A stretch of 64,000 nt of DNA from the NCBI RefSeq assembly GCF_009914755.1, contig NC_060932.1, one strand, 5' to 3'. The stretch comes from the human T2T-CHM13v2.0 reference genome, Homo sapiens. Within the stretch, counting starts at the first letter, position 1. Each line of letters opens with the position of its first letter. The notes under the pieces were generated by a model. It searched no databases. It was not told the DNA's origin and saw only the letters and a program-made list of their open reading frames with translations. Positions 1-13,630 of this stretch are shown here, piece after piece. Position numbers and translations under genes: made by a program.

Positions 1-708
1 AAAAAACCAAGATTTATACTTAATTGCTATTTGCAACAGGAGAAAAATAAGCAACTCTAAATGTCCAATAATAATTAAATGCTTGTGATAGGAGATAAAC
101 CTATAAAAAATAGAATAAAAAAGGTTTCTTTGTAAAAAGATGACTAAGAAATAAATTGGAAAGAAAATATGACAAGAGTTAATTATATTTGTCTTGAGGT
201 TATTTTTCTTCCTGTGTGTTTTCAGTTTTCCCAATCTCCATGAATAAGCAAATATGAATTTATAATGAGACAAAACAAAACAGAAAAAAAATTATACCAA
301 CTACTATTTATTGGAGTTAATTTGTTCATAAAAACTTGGAATTTCATCGAGTATTGTAAAATTACCTAAATAATGGCTTGATAAATTTTGCTGTATAGAC
401 ATACTTAATAGTATTGAAATGCCCTTTTACTTTAATTAATATATTTATTTCTGCTTCAATCAAAGACCCACTCTTTAAAAAAAAAAAGGAAAAATAATTT
501 AGAGTATAATTTGAAGAATAAACCCGAAAGAAGGTTTTGAAAGGAAAAATACTGGAGAATCATTTGAATAATCAGTTTTAGTAATGGAATAAGAAGAAAT
601 ATTGGCACGGGAATAGAGAAAAATATACTGATAAGTATTAAAAATTCCAGAGCAAAATCTATGTGAGTTTTTAATATGTAAAAAGGCAAAAAGGGCCTCA
701 CTCATTAC

Positions 709-1010
<302 letters not shown>

Positions 1011-1130
1011 TTCATACCCACTTCACTTCTTTTCAATAGAATAAATAATATTGTTAATAGATAACATTGAAATATTGGGCCATCTGTCAGAAATCAATTT
1101 TATTTCTAAGCCTATAGAAAATGAAAGCAA

Positions 1131-1438
1131 GGCCGGGCATGGTGGCTCACACCTGTAATCCCAGCACTTTGGGAGGCCAAGGAGGGTGGATCACAAGGTC
1201 AGGAGTTCAAGACCAGCCTGGCCAAGATGGTGAAACCACATCTCTACTAAAAATACAAAAATTAGCCAGGCGTGGTGGCAGGTGCCTATAATCCCACCTA
1301 CTCTGAAGGCTGAGGCAGGAGAATCGGCTTGATGATCTCCTGCTGAGGCAGGAGAATCGGCTTGAGTGCAGTGAGCCAAGATTGCACTGCACTCAAGCCT
1401 AGGCAACAGAGCAAGACTCTGTCTCAAAGAAAAAAAAA
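1131..1438 (+). mobile_element. Alu (AluSg-like) with internal rearrangement
   Basis: Starts ggccgggcatggtggctcac and ends in an A tail. Flanked by aaaatgaaagcaa / aaaatgaaaacaa (TSD, 1 mismatch). Internal 24-nt duplication at 1309-1365. Confidence 0.95.
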
Positions 1439-1699
1439 TGAAAACAAACCAAAAATATAGAGAAGATTATAAAGATCCAAAAGTAAAGACAAAATAATCA
1501 AATATTAGAAAAAATATAGGGATATTAATTCAGACAGACATGAAATCCAGGTGATTTAAAGAAAAAGATGACCATACCTGATTGCTTGGGAATATAAATT
1601 CCTTGCAGATGAAAGTCACCATAAGGAAAGAGAGAGAATCCTGGGAGATACTTAACTAAAATAAAATAGTTACTATAAAGAACAACATTAAAATTGATA

Positions 1700-2350
1700 G
1701 GAAAAATAAAGTTTTAAAATAGGTAAATGTTGTTTAACAGGCAATTCAAAAAAGAAGGAAAAGCAAATGGATACTAAAGAGATGAGGTTAAATATGTTTA
1801 ATAGAAGAATATAAAAGGAAATAACAATGACCTATTCATTTCACCAATCAGATTGATAGAAACTAAATTTTTGTTCATATTGAATACTTTTGTGGGAATG
1901 GGGAAATTGGTACCCTCATGTAATTTTCGTGGAACTGTGAAATGCTATGAATAATAATAATTTTGGAATTTAAGAGAGCAGCATCTAATAACATTTTGAC
2001 TGTGCATATAACTTTGCCCTATAATGACTTTTGATAATTTTTGTACATAAATAAAAGGCCAACATATTAATATACATGTCAAATATTCTAAAAATATTAA
2101 TTCTGCTGGCAAAAATCAAGAACAGTTTCCATGGTGGTTACATAGGGAATGGCTAATCAAATAATATTTTATCTCTTATAGGAAAAAGGCAAGATTTAAA
2201 AAGAATGAGTAACTGTGCAGTAGCCTGAAAAGATGTCCATATTACATTGTTAAGTAATGTAAGCAAGTTGTACATAATGTATGTGATATGATGCTCCAGG
2301 GTTTTAGACACTTTATGGAGTGTTGAGACACACAGATGGACACATACCAA
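1700..2350 (+). mobile_element. Ancient L1M (L1ME-like) ORF2 end/3' fragment
   Basis: A-rich, with degenerate L1 motifs (ggcaattcaaaaaagaagg...aaatgg; gggaatggggaaattggtaccctcatg; gaaaagatgtccat). Boundaries approximate. Confidence 0.55.
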
Positions 2351-3111
2351 GTAAAGCTATATTAAATTTCAAATTTAGTTAGTTAAGGATAACAAATCAG
2401 TGCAGAGGAGTAAAGGCAGAATACTTCAGTATGTATACTCTTGGCCCCAGGGTCACAAGCTGGGAGATTGAAAAAGCTCAATTATTGCTACGCCCGCACC
2501 TCTATTTTTCTCAACATGTAAGTCACCAATGGGGAAGAATTTAAACCATCAATCTAAGTGATGCTGTGTATGGGAATGTTACAGATATTGGGCTGTCTTG
2601 CTTGTGTCCCAAATTTAGTATCAGCAATACTTCACTCTCATCTTAGGGCAGAAAGGGGAGTCAGATGCCATGAGTGCACGAACAATACACCTGCCTCCAT
2701 CTTTTCAGCATCCTGAGATTCCTATTTGCCATCAATCTGCACCTTACCTCGATTTAGTATCCAGTTCATTTTCTTTCTCATATCACAGTTTGATCTGGGC
2801 TCTGAGATTCCAGAAACATTTTCCTTATGTGACAAATTTTTGCCTTAAAATTTGATACCTTCTTATACATGCTCCTTTATGTTTACATGTGCTTCAAACA
2901 AGATAAACAAATACTCAGTTCATATTTTAATCTGGGGAGGAGAGAGGCATGTTAGTATTGGAAGGAGTCATTTTTATTTATACATTTTCTGTGTTGCCAT
3001 ACATATTATTTACCAACAATAAATTGTGTTATTTTTGTTGGTTAAAAATATTTAGAGGAAAGGAAATAACTAAAATAAAAACACATACAGAATAATGTGA
3101 ACATTTTATAT

Positions 3112-3255
3112 ATTTTTAAAATTTCAACTTTGATTTTAGGTTCAGGGGATACATGTGCAAGTTTGTCACATGGGTATATTGCACGACACTGAGGGTTAGG
3201 GTATGAATGATTCCATCACCCAGGTAGGGAGCATAGAACCCAATAGGTAGTTTTC
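3112..3255 (-). mobile_element. L1PA (old, L1PA13-16-like) 3' end fragment
   Basis: ttttaggttcaggggatacatgtgcaagtttg...catcacccaggtagggagcatagaacccaataggtagtttt matches an antisense L1PA 3'UTR. Confidence 0.85.
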
Positions 3256-3320
3256 GATGATTTAATATTAAATGGAAACAATCTAAAACTGCATGTGATT
3301 AGACATATTTTTAAATGGTA

Positions 3321-3360
3321 AAGTTAGAATAGCATGCTAGAAGTTAGAATAGCAAGCTAG
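3321..3360. repeat. 20-bp tandem duplication
   Basis: aagttagaatagcatgctag / aagttagaatagcaagctag. Confidence 0.9.
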
Positions 3361-3784
3361 ATGAGCAAGCATTAAAATTTTAATAATATTATTAGATGGT
3401 AAGGTTAAAGATATAAATTTCATAAAAATGTTGGCATATTACCTGGTATAGGGTGACTTTTGATTTATTTTGTCATTTTTACTCATATTAAATACCATGT
3501 GTGCTAAGTTTTTCTGATTTTTGTACTTTCCTTACACATGCTAGTGTACTGTGAAATAGAACTCCATAATTAGTATTGTAATGGTAGGATTGACAAACCT
3601 AACACTGATTAAATTGATCACGACATTAGAATACCATTCTCTGGAATTTCTGGTTTATTTCTAAGCATCATAATTACTTTTCCCTGTTTTCTAACTAGGT
3701 CACCATGCTGTCAGTAATATTTTCAGTGTTACAGCTACCCAGGTTTTATAATAATTGCCTTCATCTCCACTGCAGCTTTATAAA

Positions 3785-3920
3785 GAAAGTGATACCATTA
3801 TCCCAATTATATTTTACAAATAGGGTAAATGAAGATCAGGAAAGTTAAATAACTTTCATAAAGACGCACAGCTTATAGAGTACATTGTTGTCATTTGAAC
3901 CAAGGCCACCTGATTCCAGG
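3785..3920 (-). mobile_element. MIR fragment
   Basis: attttacaaatagggtaaatgaagatcaggaaagttaaataactt...cacagct...tttgaaccaagg resembles the antisense MIR core. Confidence 0.7.
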
Positions 3921-5974
3921 TTCTATGATATCAATATTCTGTGATTACATCCATATTTATAAGTTAATTCATAGAAAAATGAAGTTCTTCTAAATTTGCT
4001 TTCTGTAATATAATTACTATGAAGTTTATAATTCAAATTACTGTTTTCTAAAATGCTAATAATCAAAATATTTTGTAAAGTATTCGGTTATTGGATGTTT
4101 CAGGCTTGGAAATGTATTTAGTTGTTCTAAATGAAATAATGGAAAGGAACTTAAGTGTTTAGTTTTTCTGAATATCATAAAAATTTTAAAAATAATTTTA
4201 AAATATCACAATAGACTAATTTTGAGTTACTTTTTATTTTATCTAAAATATGATAAATTTTAAATTATTTAGCATATTAAGAAATCTTCATAATATCCCT
4301 GTACTGAGTTTATTTTAAATAGTTTAGTTGAACTAGAATACAAGTAAAATTTTACCTGGTTGAAATATTATTTTTTTGATTGACCCCTTTAAGCCTAAGC
4401 AACTGTGCACTTTAAATTTTCCAGATAACAGATATTTTGCTCTCTTCTGAAGGTAACAAAGGTAATGAAAATTTTTACATCTGAAACCTGTCACGGCACA
4501 GCCCAATTTAACCATAAATTGTATGTATTTATGTAATCAGAGTAAGACTGTCATCTAGCTGGCACTTACCTAGAAAGTACCATATGTACTTTCACAAAGT
4601 GCCTAGAACTTACTATAATCATTTTTATTGACCTGGTAAATTGACAATAGTAGAGTTTTTATTGTTCACCACTGTTTCTACTCTGCACTTTTCCTGCCCC
4701 ATCTCCTTTTCTTAAACAACAACAAATTCTGCAGTTACTAGGATACTATCACCAAAGCCTATTTGTCCATCAGATATAAAACTACAATTATTTGTGCATA
4801 AGTTTCTCTTTTGATTTTTTCTTATTGACTGCAGGTACACAGAATTAAATTCATAATAATTCTGGGTTTGTGAAACATGAACATCATTGGTCCATGCATG
4901 ACCCATTTTACTATAATTAATTATTTAATTACTAGATACCAAAGTATAATTATGAATTCAGTAGGTATGCAGTTCTAAAGTAAGACAACGCCCAGAAATT
5001 GTGGTTCGGTGAGATAAACGATCAGGCTTTTAGTCTGAAAGTCAGGCTGTAGCATCTGGTTAGTATGTTGCAATTAGGAGGAAATAAAAAGGTCTACCTA
5101 AGTACGAAGTATATTAATTTGCCATCAAGTATAAATTGTCAAGTCTCATTAAGCACGTAGAGTTTTTGTTTGCTCCTTGTTGCTCTGTGACACAGGAGAT
5201 AAGCTCAAATGACTTTATAGCTAACAGAGGTTTATTTTTCCCTCCAAAGGCAGAGCACATGTTTGGCACTGAGAAGATCTCACCTTGTATCCACAGAGGT
5301 TTGCACTAGCCAATGGCTGTGGACACTGTTGTCAATAATTACAAGCAGTTTATTTGAGTTTACATTTCATACAGTGATTATTAGGTCCTGAGGACAGTAC
5401 ATTTCACAATTAGCTGAAAGACAGTTGTAGCCTTTTGTTCTGGCAGACCCTAAATACATTGCTAATCCTTTCTGAAGGAGGAAAATTAAGTATGTATTTA
5501 ATGAGTTGATAGCTGGAAGTAGATAAATGACTGACATATCTAAGCGTCTATGTCAAAGAATCGAAATAAACACTTGTTAACTTGATGCATTAGAGTCAAT
5601 ATGTTCTTTTCACTATCATTGTAAAGGGAAATAATTAGAAAAGAATAAAAGAAGTTATATTAGACACATGTAAAGGTCTTACAGTATTTCAAAGAGACTA
5701 TTTTTTAGAGATTATTATCCCTCAGATTTGAATTATAATAGCATGTGTTGTTCAAGTTCACATGCCTTGAAAAAAAATAAGATCTCTAATTTATAAACAG
5801 GATAAACACTCATCCCCCTCAAGTGCTTGAGACTATCCTTAGCAAACAGTGATTGAGTTAACCCTATGGCTTATACTAAGCTGCATCACACATAGGAAGG
5901 CTGTGTAAGTGCTAAGTTAGGTCTTAGTTGGTCTTGGACTTAGCCCTTTAGCTGGATGATCAATATCTCCAAAT

Positions 5975-6090
5975 ATTTTAGCCTTAGTTCCTTTCTGTAA
6001 AAAACAGCACCAACAATACAAGTTCCATCTACTTCACGAGGTTATTATTAGAATCAAGAAGATAATAATGGTGAAGTATTTTGTAAGATT
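5975..6090 (+). mobile_element. MIR fragment
   Basis: gccttagttcctttctgtaaaa...ctacttcacgaggttattattagaatcaagaagataat. Confidence 0.6.
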
Positions 6091-7034
6091 TGAGTGCTAT
6101 ATAAATATAAAACATAATTTAAATTAAAAATCTTGAAAGGATCTGTAGTGTGGCATATATGCTGATTATTAAAACTTCTTAAGTTAGTACTGCATGCCAA
6201 GTACTGCACAAATTATATACATATATATATTTTTTTAAAAAAAGATGAATTTTTCCAAGCGTTTATGATTGGGTTTTATCAAAAAAAGTGTTAACCATTT
6301 CTACTTGGAGGAAATTGAGAATACAACGTTGTTAAACATTTTGCCTTAGATTATGATTCTCAGACTTCTGCTATTCCCCTTATACCAGGCTGATGATGCA
6401 TTATAAAAATTATAATAAAAACTCAACAATCTTTTCAAAAAGTCGTGTATATTTTTATAGAATTGAAGGATTAATTGTCACTAGGTTTTTAGAAAGGAAT
6501 GAATAATCATTAATATGTAAATGAACATAATGACTGTTTCTTGAATAACTAAATTTGCGATTCCAAAAATATTTTTCTGCTTATACTTTTGCTTGTTTGT
6601 ATACTTTAAAAAAATGTACAAAGCATGTTGACTACATACATATTATATCAAAAAAGATATTCTATTGGAGAAAGAGAAATTCCTAAAAATAATACCTTGT
6701 ATTGTGTACTACGTTTATTGAAGTAAGGGAATATCTGCCTGGATGAACACATTCTTTGATGTATAGACCACTTGGGTTCATGCATTTGATTTAATTTGCT
6801 GGGTAGCAATTTTTTTCCCTTATTTTCAATGTGTCTTTGTAGAAAAATGGGGTGCCTCAAAGAGAAGAATCTTCTGAGAATGAGAAAAATATCCCTTGAT
6901 TAAATGCATTTATGATGCTCTGAACCCTTGTCAAATCCTCCAATATTGAAATTTTGAAATAAATTGTACTGCTGTATGAGGCCATAATTGCATGATGGAA
7001 TTGCAGACTTTTGCGAACATTTTATCCTAGGCTT

Positions 7035-7890
7035 TGGTTTGTCTTCTCATTCTCTTGACAATGTCTTCTGCAGAGTAGGGGTTTTTAAATTTAATAAAAC
7101 TCAGCTTATCAGTTATTTGTTTCCTGGATCGTGCCATTGGTGCTGCATCTAAAATGTCATCACCAAATCCAAGGCCATCTGTATTTCATCTTAGGTTGTC
7201 TTCTAGGTGTTCTATAGTTTTCCATTTCACATTTAGGTCAAGGATCCATTCTGGGTTAATTTTTATAAAGGGTGTAAAGTGTTTGTCTAGATTCATTTTT
7301 TGTATGTAGGTGTCCAGTTATTCCAGAACCATTTATTAAAAAGACTATGTTATGGTCTATAGTTTTGCTTTTGCTACTTTTTCAAAGATCAGTTGACTGT
7401 GTTCATATGGGTGTATTTCTGAGCTCTCTATTCTGTACCACTAATCTATTTCTCCATTCTTTTGCCAATACCAGTCTTTATTACTGTAGCTTTATATTGA
7501 GTCTCAAAGTTGGGTTGTGTCCCTTCCAACTTTGTTCTTCAATATTAGGTTGCCCATTCTGGGAACTTAGCCTCTCCATGTAAAGTTAGGAATCATTTTG
7601 TTGATATCCACAAAGTAATTTCCTGGAATTTTTATTGAGATTGCATTGAATCTATGGATAAAGTTGGGAAAAGTTGGTATCTTGGCAATATCTATGAACA
7701 TGGAATATTTCTCCATTTATTTAGATCATCTCTGATTTCTTTCATCAGAATTTTGTGGCTTTTATCATATAAGTTGTATACATATTTTGTTCGATTTATA
7801 CCTATGGTAAATTTACACTTGATCTTAGCCAAAAGGCTGAGAAGCGATCCCTATGGCAAATTTAAATACTGTATTTTTAATTTCAACTCC
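7035..7890 (-). mobile_element. Old L1M ORF2 fragment (interrupted by a U2 retrocopy)
   Basis: Antisense L1 ORF2 motifs (tgtccagttattccagaaccatttattaaaaagact; ttttattgagattgcattgaatctat). Confidence 0.85.
7814..7848 (-). pseudogene. U2 snRNA 3'-truncated (tailless) retropseudogene, U2 nt 1-35
   Basis: Reverse complement ATCGCTTCTCAGCCTTTTGGCTAAGATCAAGTGTA matches the U2 5' end at 34/35 (one CpG transition). 15-bp TSD cctatggtaaattta (7801-7815) / cctatggcaaattta (7850-7864). Confidence 0.93.
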
Positions 7891-8101
7891 TCTGCACTGA
7901 TTTGTTATCCTTAGCTAACTAAATCTGAAATTTAATGTAGCTTTACTTGATATGTGTCCATCTGTGAGTCTCAATACTCCACAAAGTGTCTAAAACCCTG
8001 GAGTATCATATCACATACATTATGTACAACTTGCTTATGGCTTCCAAGAAATCCTCGGTAGCAATTTTTCACCATGCTCTGATCAAAAACATACCAGCTT
8101 C

Positions 8102-8705
<604 letters not shown>

Positions 8706-8809
8706 TTCAACAACTTATTCTGCTTTCAGGCATCAATTTTCTTCTTTTACCATGGGAAATAGCAAGCACTGTGCTTATCAAAGATGTGCTTAAAGTTTAG
8801 GCTTCTAGT

Positions 8810-8980
8810 GAGACAGAATATCAGACTCTCAAGCTGAATTGCTGGAGTTAAACTTAGGCATTTGCTTGAAATATCTTCAGTTTGCATTCATGCATAATAG
8901 GTATAGAATTAAGTGAATTAATAATGTCAAGTTATTACAACAATGCCTGGCACATAGTACATTTTCAATAAGTGTTAGAA
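8810..8980 (+). mobile_element. MIR fragment
   Basis: tcagactct...caatgcctggcacatagtac...tcaataagtgttag is the MIR 3' end. Confidence 0.6.
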
Positions 8981-8982
8981 TT

Positions 8983-10932
8983 CTCTTATTTTTTATTTAT
9001 ACATGGTAGTTGTACATATTTATGGGGTACATGTGATATTTTGATACATGTGTACAATGTTTAATCATCAATTCAGGGTATTTAGAATATCCATCACCTG
9101 GAGCATATATAATTTGAGTTTGGAACATTTGAAATCATTTCTACTAGCTCTTTTGAAATTTACAATATGTTATTGTTTATAATAGTCATTCTACTGTGCT
9201 ATCAATAATTAGAATTTCCTTCTATCTAACTGTATGCTTGTATCCAGTGAACTACCTCTCTTCATCTCACCTCTCCCCATACCCACATATGCCCTTCCTA
9301 GTCCCTGGTAAGTATCATTCTACTCTCTACCTCCCTTAGCTCTCATGTATGAGTGAGAACATCCAATATTTGTCTTTCTAGGCCTGGTTTATTTCACTTA
9401 ACATAATGACCTCTAGCTCCATCCATGCTGTGCAAATGCAAGATGTCATCCTTTTTATGGCTAGATAGTATTCCATTGCGTATGTACACCACATTTCCTT
9501 TATCCATTCATCTCTTGCTAGACACTTAGGTTGATTCCATAACTTTGCTATTGTGAATAGCACTGCAGTAGACGTGGGGATACAGGTTCCCCTTTGATAT
9601 GCTGAATTCCTTTTCCTTCTATAAATACCTACTAGTGAGATCGCTGGATCATATGGTCATTCTATTTTTAGTTTCTTGAGAAATCTCTGTACTATTTTCC
9701 ATAATGGATATAATCATTTGTATTCCCCCCAATAGTGTATAAGAGTTCCCTTTTCTACACATCTTCATCAGCATCTATTTTTTGTTGTTGTTATTGTTGT
9801 TATCTTTTTGATAATGGCCATTCTAACTAGGTAAGATTATATCTCATTATGATTATGATTTGCATTTTCTTGTTAATGATGTTGAATGTTTTTCATATAC
9901 CTACTGGCCATTTTTTTGGTTTTCTTTTGATAAATGTCTATTCAGATCCTTTCCCTTTTAATGTGATTGTTTTCTTTTTGCTATTAAGTTGTTTAAATTC
10001 CTTGTATATTCTGGATACTGGTCCCTTGTCAGATTTTATCCCATTCAACAGATTGTCTCCCCACTCTGTTAATTGTTTCCTTTACTGTGCAGAAGCGTTT
10101 TAGTTTAATATAGTCCCATTTGTCTAGTTTTGTTTTTGTTGCCTGTACTTTTGAGGTCTTAGCCATAAAATATTTGCCTTGACCAATGTCCAGGAGTGAT
10201 TCCCTTATGTTTCCTTTAAGTGGTTTCATAGTTTCAGTTTTACATATATTTATTTAATCCATTTTGGTTTATTTTTGTGTATGATAATAGACGGGTCTAG
10301 TTTCATACTTCTGCATATGGATGTCCAATTTTCCCAGCACCATTTGTTGAAGAGGGTGTACTTTCTCCAATGTATGTTCTGGCACCTTTGTTGAAAGTCA
10401 ATTGGCTATAAATATGTTGATTTATTTCTGGGTTATCAATATTGTTCCATTGGTCTATATGTGTGTTTTTATACCAATACCATGCTGTTTTGGTTATCAT
10501 AGCCTTGGAATATATTTCGAAGTCAGGTCTGTGATGTTTCCAACTTTGTTCCTTTTTCTCGGGATTGCTTTGGCTATCCAGGGTCTTCTTTTGGTTCCAT
10601 ATAAATTTTAGTATTCCATTTCTGTGAAAAATGTCATTGGTATTTTGATAGAAATTATATTGTAACTGTAGATTGCTTTGGGTGGTATAATCATTTAAAA
10701 ATTAACTTTTCATTCAATGAGCATGAAATGTCGTCCATTTTTTTGTGTGTGTTCTCTTCAATTTCTTTCATCAGTAGATGTTTTTCCTTGTAGAACTCTT
10801 TTACCTGCTTGGTTAAATTTATTCCCAAATATTTTTTGTAGCTATTATAAATAAATGCTATTGCTTTCTTTGATTTATTTTTTAGCTAGTTTGTTATTAT
10901 TGATTTTTTGTGAGTTGATTTTATATCCAGCA
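8983..10932 (-). mobile_element. 5'-truncated L1MA (~1.95 kb; ORF2 C-terminal part + 3'UTR)
   Basis: Minus-strand ORFs resemble L1 ORF2 ([16 protein letters not shown]; TKTKLDKWDYIKLK; LFTIAKLWNQPKC). Possible TSD aagtgttagaatt (8970-8982) / aagtgttagcaatt (10933-10946). Confidence 0.92.
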
Positions 10933-11350
10933 AAGTGTTAGCAATTTTTGTAGCTATTTGTCAGATTTGGTTAAGATTCTTGTTCTTATTTTTTTAATTT
11001 TTAAAAATATTAGACACAAAAATTATTTAAGAAAAAGCCATAACACAATTGAAATATTAACCTCTGGTAAGCACATTCAATTATGAGAGATAAACATGTA
11101 ATCTCAAGTAAAAATTTACACCTTGATTAAGGACTCCAAGGTTTAAATCCATTGGAATGGACTTTGTTGCTGACATTTAATTAACATTTGTAACTTTTAT
11201 TATCTTGTTATATTTAAATAAACGTTTAGTTTTTTTAATTAGATGCATATTCTATAATTGTTTCCTATTGTTAATCACTATAATAGGTAGGTAACATTGA
11301 CTCTTAAGATACAAAATATAGAAGAAACAACATGAATGAAATGGTACCTA

Positions 11351-11719
<369 letters not shown>

Positions 11720-11919
11720 GGAATACCTATGTTGTGACACCTAGATCTTCTGACTCACTTTAGCTTTACAAAGTAAGAAAGTGTGTTGCTACTTCTAAAA
11801 GTAATAACACAGTAATCTGTTGTCATTGAAGAGTCATGAAAACCATGAATGTGTTAAGATGTTTTGAATGTTACATTTTGTTTGGTCTCCAATATGTTTA
11901 AAATTTAACAATAGGTAAG

Positions 11920-12283
11920 TGGCCGTCTATCTATGCTGGTATAACAAAGTATTTGACATAGAGTAATATATAAATGATAGAAGTTTGTTTCTCACAGTTT
12001 TAGAGTCTGGAAAGTCCATGATTAAGGAACCAGCAAGTTCTGTGTCTGTTGAGGGCCCACTCTTTGCTTCCAAGATGGCACCTTGAAAGTTGTGTACTCA
12101 CACAGTGAAAAAGAGAGAGAAGCAAAAGGGTCTAGTTTGTTCCTTCCAACTATATCACAAGGTCACTAATTCCATTCATGAGAGCTCTGCCTCATGAATC
12201 ACCTCCTAAAGGACACACCTGTTAATACTACCACATACGGGTCTAAATTCCAACATACAAATTTTGAAGAGACACATATAGCA
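11920..12283 (-). mobile_element. MaLR solo LTR (MLT1A/MST-like)
   Basis: gtttctcacagttttagagtctggaaagtccatgattaagg...ccaagatggcacc...ctctgcctcatgaatcacctcctaaagg...acatatagca. Confidence 0.8.
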
Positions 12284-13573
12284 GCATCAGTTTATTCTCA
12301 ATCTAAGAATAGTCATTATGTGCCCTTAGCCCGAATTGTGAGTAGACTTTGTGTTGTATGTGGATTGTTGCTTGTAGGTGTGGGCCACCCCAGTAATAGG
12401 TTTTTGCAGGTGCTAGTATTAAAGATGAGAAAGTCCTCTAGAGAGCTCTTATAGTTCTAGCAGTTGGTTCCCTAGAAGTGGCTGTTATAGGTAAAGTGTT
12501 TTATAGAACCTTAGAGATAATCAGATAACACTACAAATAATGCCTGCTGAGTATGCAGTAGGTTAGAGAGTATCAGCACTCTTTTAAAAATCAGTTTGGC
12601 TTCTGGTCTCTCAAGCCTATAAAATCTACTTATGTAGTTGCAATAATTGTGTTTTTCTGTATAAATCTCTGCAAAGTTAAAGTCATTACTGTTTATGTTT
12701 ACGACCCTAAGCAATATTCCACTTTATTTTACCAAATAAACTTCACAGTGTTCAACTAGAAAATAGCTACATAGTGACAGTGATTATTTCTAAATATACT
12801 TTAGTAAAATACAGGCTTTTTCTTTATGCATGAAGGGAATCACTCCCTGTCTAATTTTTTAAAAAGCTCTATTTTCCTGTGTAATTAATTATATTGTATA
12901 TAGTGGGCACTAGCATGTTTTTGCGTGGAGGAATGTTATATATACGGTCTTAAAATGAGATTCATTTGAAATAGGAATTACATATCCCTTAATTCAGTAC
13001 CACAGCATATATTCCTTTCAATGTGGTTCCTAAAATTTGTGAAAAGGCTTAAAATAACACCATTAACAACAGTAGTCAAAACTATTTTTTACATATCTCT
13101 GAATCTCTGATTCTCAAAATTGTGCTCCTGCTCTTTCCAGAAATGTGATAATATCTTCTAGATGGTGTCTTTCAATCCATTTAATTTACATAGTCTCTTC
13201 TATTTGATTTAGATTGTTGGTCTTGCCAGAAAGGACAGTGATTACCATCTTTGCATGTATAGTACAAAAAAAATTATTAATATACTCTGTCTAAAAATGG
13301 AATAAATTTTCAGTTGACACAACAGGGAAAAGAAAAAAATATTTTTCCAGCCCAAGAGGTATGACAGATCCTTTTACAAATGTTAACCTACCAGAAAGAT
13401 TTCTCCTCTGGTAGAATCTGTGATTGCTCCTGTTCGGAATTTTGACTCTCAACAAAATTCATCGTATGATTATTAAAGGCAATGGATTTACCAGTGAATG
13501 CTGTTGCTATAAGATTATCTCAAATGATAAAAAGAATATATTCCAGATGCTATTTGCCTGGTTTGTGGTGGTC

Positions 13574-13630
13574 GGGGGCAGGGTAGGGGGCGGTGTGGGG
13601 TGGGGCTGAGAGTGGGAGAGGTGGGTGGGG
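13574..13630 (+). other. G-quadruplex-forming motif (8 G-runs of >=3)
   Basis: gggggcagggtagggggcggtgtggggtggggctgagagtgggagaggtgggtgggg in an otherwise AT-rich context. Confidence 0.7.

Noticed and set aside
4960-5520. Repeat-free stretch that might be a conserved enhancer (similarly about 16000-16600)
   Set aside because: Conservation and chromatin state cannot be judged from the sequence alone; no decisive motif.
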